A stretch of 64,000 nucleotides of DNA from Chiloscyllium plagiosum (lineage: Eukaryota): assembly GCF_004010195.1 (NCBI RefSeq), contig NC_057718.1, positions 13,495,549 through 13,559,548 of the forward strand, written 5' to 3'. This document shows positions 61,986-64,000 of the stretch, in pieces (positions within the stretch are counted from its first letter, which is position 1; each line of letters starts with the position of its first letter). A program made the position numbers and the translations under genes. The notes under the pieces are model-generated. The model ran no database searches. It worked only from the letters and a program-made list of their open reading frames with translations, and was not told where the DNA came from.

Positions 61986-62844
61986 AGTCACATTTGTCTC
62001 TCTAATCCAAATGCATCATCACAATATTGGTAATATTTAATGCATGTTATCTCTTATTTTCTTCAAGTTTGTGATGTTCCACACTAGAAGGCTTAATTGT
62101 TAGTAATGACTTCATCCAAAGTTAAGTTGTTGTCCTTACAATGTTCAATTTCTTTTGTTCAGATACTGTTATAGCTATCGACCAGTTTGAAATGGTTATT
62201 ATTGTTTATTGTATACAACTAAAGTATCAGCTTGGTTCAACGTACTGTTAGGGTAAAAGAACTTGATAAGGCAAAGAAACTTCTAGGGTTTTGGGGGGGA
62301 AATAGGGGAGTGGAACTAAGACAGCCAACATAAACTCATTAGCCTCCTTCAATTCTGTATCATGCTCTGAATTTGTGCTTTTGGGTATCTGCCAATAATT
62401 TGTTAAAATTAATAAATAGCTTTTAAGCTTAGACGTGCAATTCTTGCAGAGTGCAATTTGGCTGCTCCAACATTCAAGCTTTTAGCAAGTGATACCGGTC
62501 TTACGACAGCTCATGGTCAAGGTGCTCTCCAGAAATGTCATGAAGTTTTACATAAGGGAAACAAAAGGGGTAGGACAGATAAAGAAGCCAATTATGCAAA
62601 AGACAGTCAACACGAAAAGTATAATCACAGAAATTATTCACTTCAAAACAAAAATATCTGGGAATAAAAGTCAGAAATTGTTTGAAGTTATTATCATCAG
62701 TCCCCAAACACGAGTTGATTTTGTGGGATTTTTTTTCAATTTAAATGTTATTTTTATTTTGAATTAGATTTCTGAGGTCTTATACAAATTAAGAATGAAG
62801 CTGTCCTATTAATTATTAAATGTGTAAATATATTTGTATTAGCC

Positions 62845-63016
62845 CGTAGGGGATTTGGTTAACTTAGTAGGTTCAACACCTGTGTCAACTGAGGTCATGA
62901 TGAAAACTCCGCCTTCTCAACCTAGCCCATCACCTGAGGTATGGTGACCTTCAGTTCGAATTCACCACAGGTCATCTCTCTCTAAATGAGAAAGCAGCCC
63001 ATGGTCTTCTGGGACT
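62845..63016 (+). mobile_element. tRNA-derived SINE-like remnant (unclassified)
   Basis: B-box-like aggttcaacacc followed by a repeat-like body (ccttctcaacct...ctgaggtatggtgacc). Confidence 0.4.
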
Positions 63017-63149
63017 GTCACACGGCTGACTAATTCTTTTTAAATAAGCTGCTTTAAAACTCTCCTCCTTTAGCAAAGGCACGTTAACAGTTTTTTTTTA
63101 AATATTTCAAGTATGTAAATTTTACTTACATGAAAAACTGCTTCTAGTC

Positions 63150-64000
63150 AGAGGGACAGTAACTAGATGACATAGCAGGTATGGAGGGCTCATATGTCAG
63201 AGTCCCTATAGATTATATAAAAAGTACAGGGGAACTTTAAAAGGAAATTAAAAAGCTCAAAGACTGTATGAGAAAGCACAGGTAGGTAAAATAAAGCAAA
63301 TTAGAAAGGGGCTTTTAACAATTATGTAAAGAGCAAGAGAAAACAAAGAGAAAAGTGGGCCTGATAGGGACGTAATCTGTTGGTGGTGTCACCAGGACCC
63401 TGCACAGTTTCAGTAAGACCTCTCTACTCTTTTACTGCACCCCCCTTGAAATAAGGGCCAAAGGCCCATTAGCCTTCCAGATTACCTGCAGTACTTGTGT
63501 GCTAGCTTTTTGACTTTTCTGCACAAGTACCCTCAAGTTCCTTTGTGTTGCAATTTGCACTTTGTAAACTGCTTGCATCTCTCTCACAACTTACCTTTCT
63601 ACCTATTTTTGTCATCAGCAAATTTATCTACAGTACATTCGCTTCCTTCCTCCAAGTCATTAATATACATTGTGAACAGCTGCAGTCGCAGCACTGATCT
63701 CTGTGGAGTCCCATTGGCCATGGGTCACCAAGCTACAAAGAAACCCTTTATCCTCACTGCTGCCCAACTGCCAATTCTCCATCGTGCCAACACCAGGCTC
63801 ATCTTATGACTTAACTTTCAGTGAAGTACCTTCTCAAACATCTTTCAAAAGTCCAAATACTACTAGTTCCCCTCTATCCATTCTGATCGAGACTTCCTTG
63901 AAAAACTAATAAATTAGCCAGTCATGATTTCCTTTCATGAAGCCATGCTGACTCCACTTGATTACATTAGGATTTCCTATTATTCTGCCATTACTTTCTT
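63150..64000. mobile_element. Degraded CR1 remnants (plus ~63150-63380, minus ~63390-64000)
   Basis: aattatgtaaagagcaagaga (Y.KSKR). Reverse complement of KFADD (gtcatcagcaaattt) and QHGFMKG.S (tttcctttcatgaagccatgctg). Confidence 0.75.

Noticed and set aside
1..64000. CRISPR arrays, operons or other prokaryotic systems
   Set aside because: None seen. The repeats are dispersed eukaryotic retroelements and the gene is spliced.

Overview
Eukaryotic vertebrate genomic DNA, almost certainly from a cartilaginous fish; the HE1-like SINE and HER1/CR1-like LINE content suggests a shark (inference). The window lies inside one large minus-strand gene. Twelve consecutive internal coding exons (56260 down to 5918; 1831 nt, 610 codons + 1 nt) splice in frame with GT-AG introns and translate to the C-terminal-half region of TARBP1 (tRNA Gm18 2'-O-methyltransferase, TRM3 homologue). 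The SpoU catalytic exons and the 5' exons lie outside the window. Introns are packed with nested, truncated retroelements: CR1 LINEs of several ages, nine HE1/V-SINE copies, DeuSINE-like and L2-like remnants, a solo LTR, Gypsy remnants, two TA-flanked MITEs and several short Penelope-like pieces. The most interesting signal is in the Penelope-like pieces. They carry minimal hammerhead-ribozyme motifs (CUGANGA-stem-GAAAC-GUH). Several are fold-back mini-insertions with 14-16 bp target-site duplications whose breakpoints sit at the hammerhead core. One is a ~440 nt circularly permuted, retrozyme-like monomer, and one lies in sense orientation 12 nt into a TARBP1 intron. Family names come from my recognition of the sequences, not a database search. 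Repeat boundaries are approximate unless a TSD is quoted.
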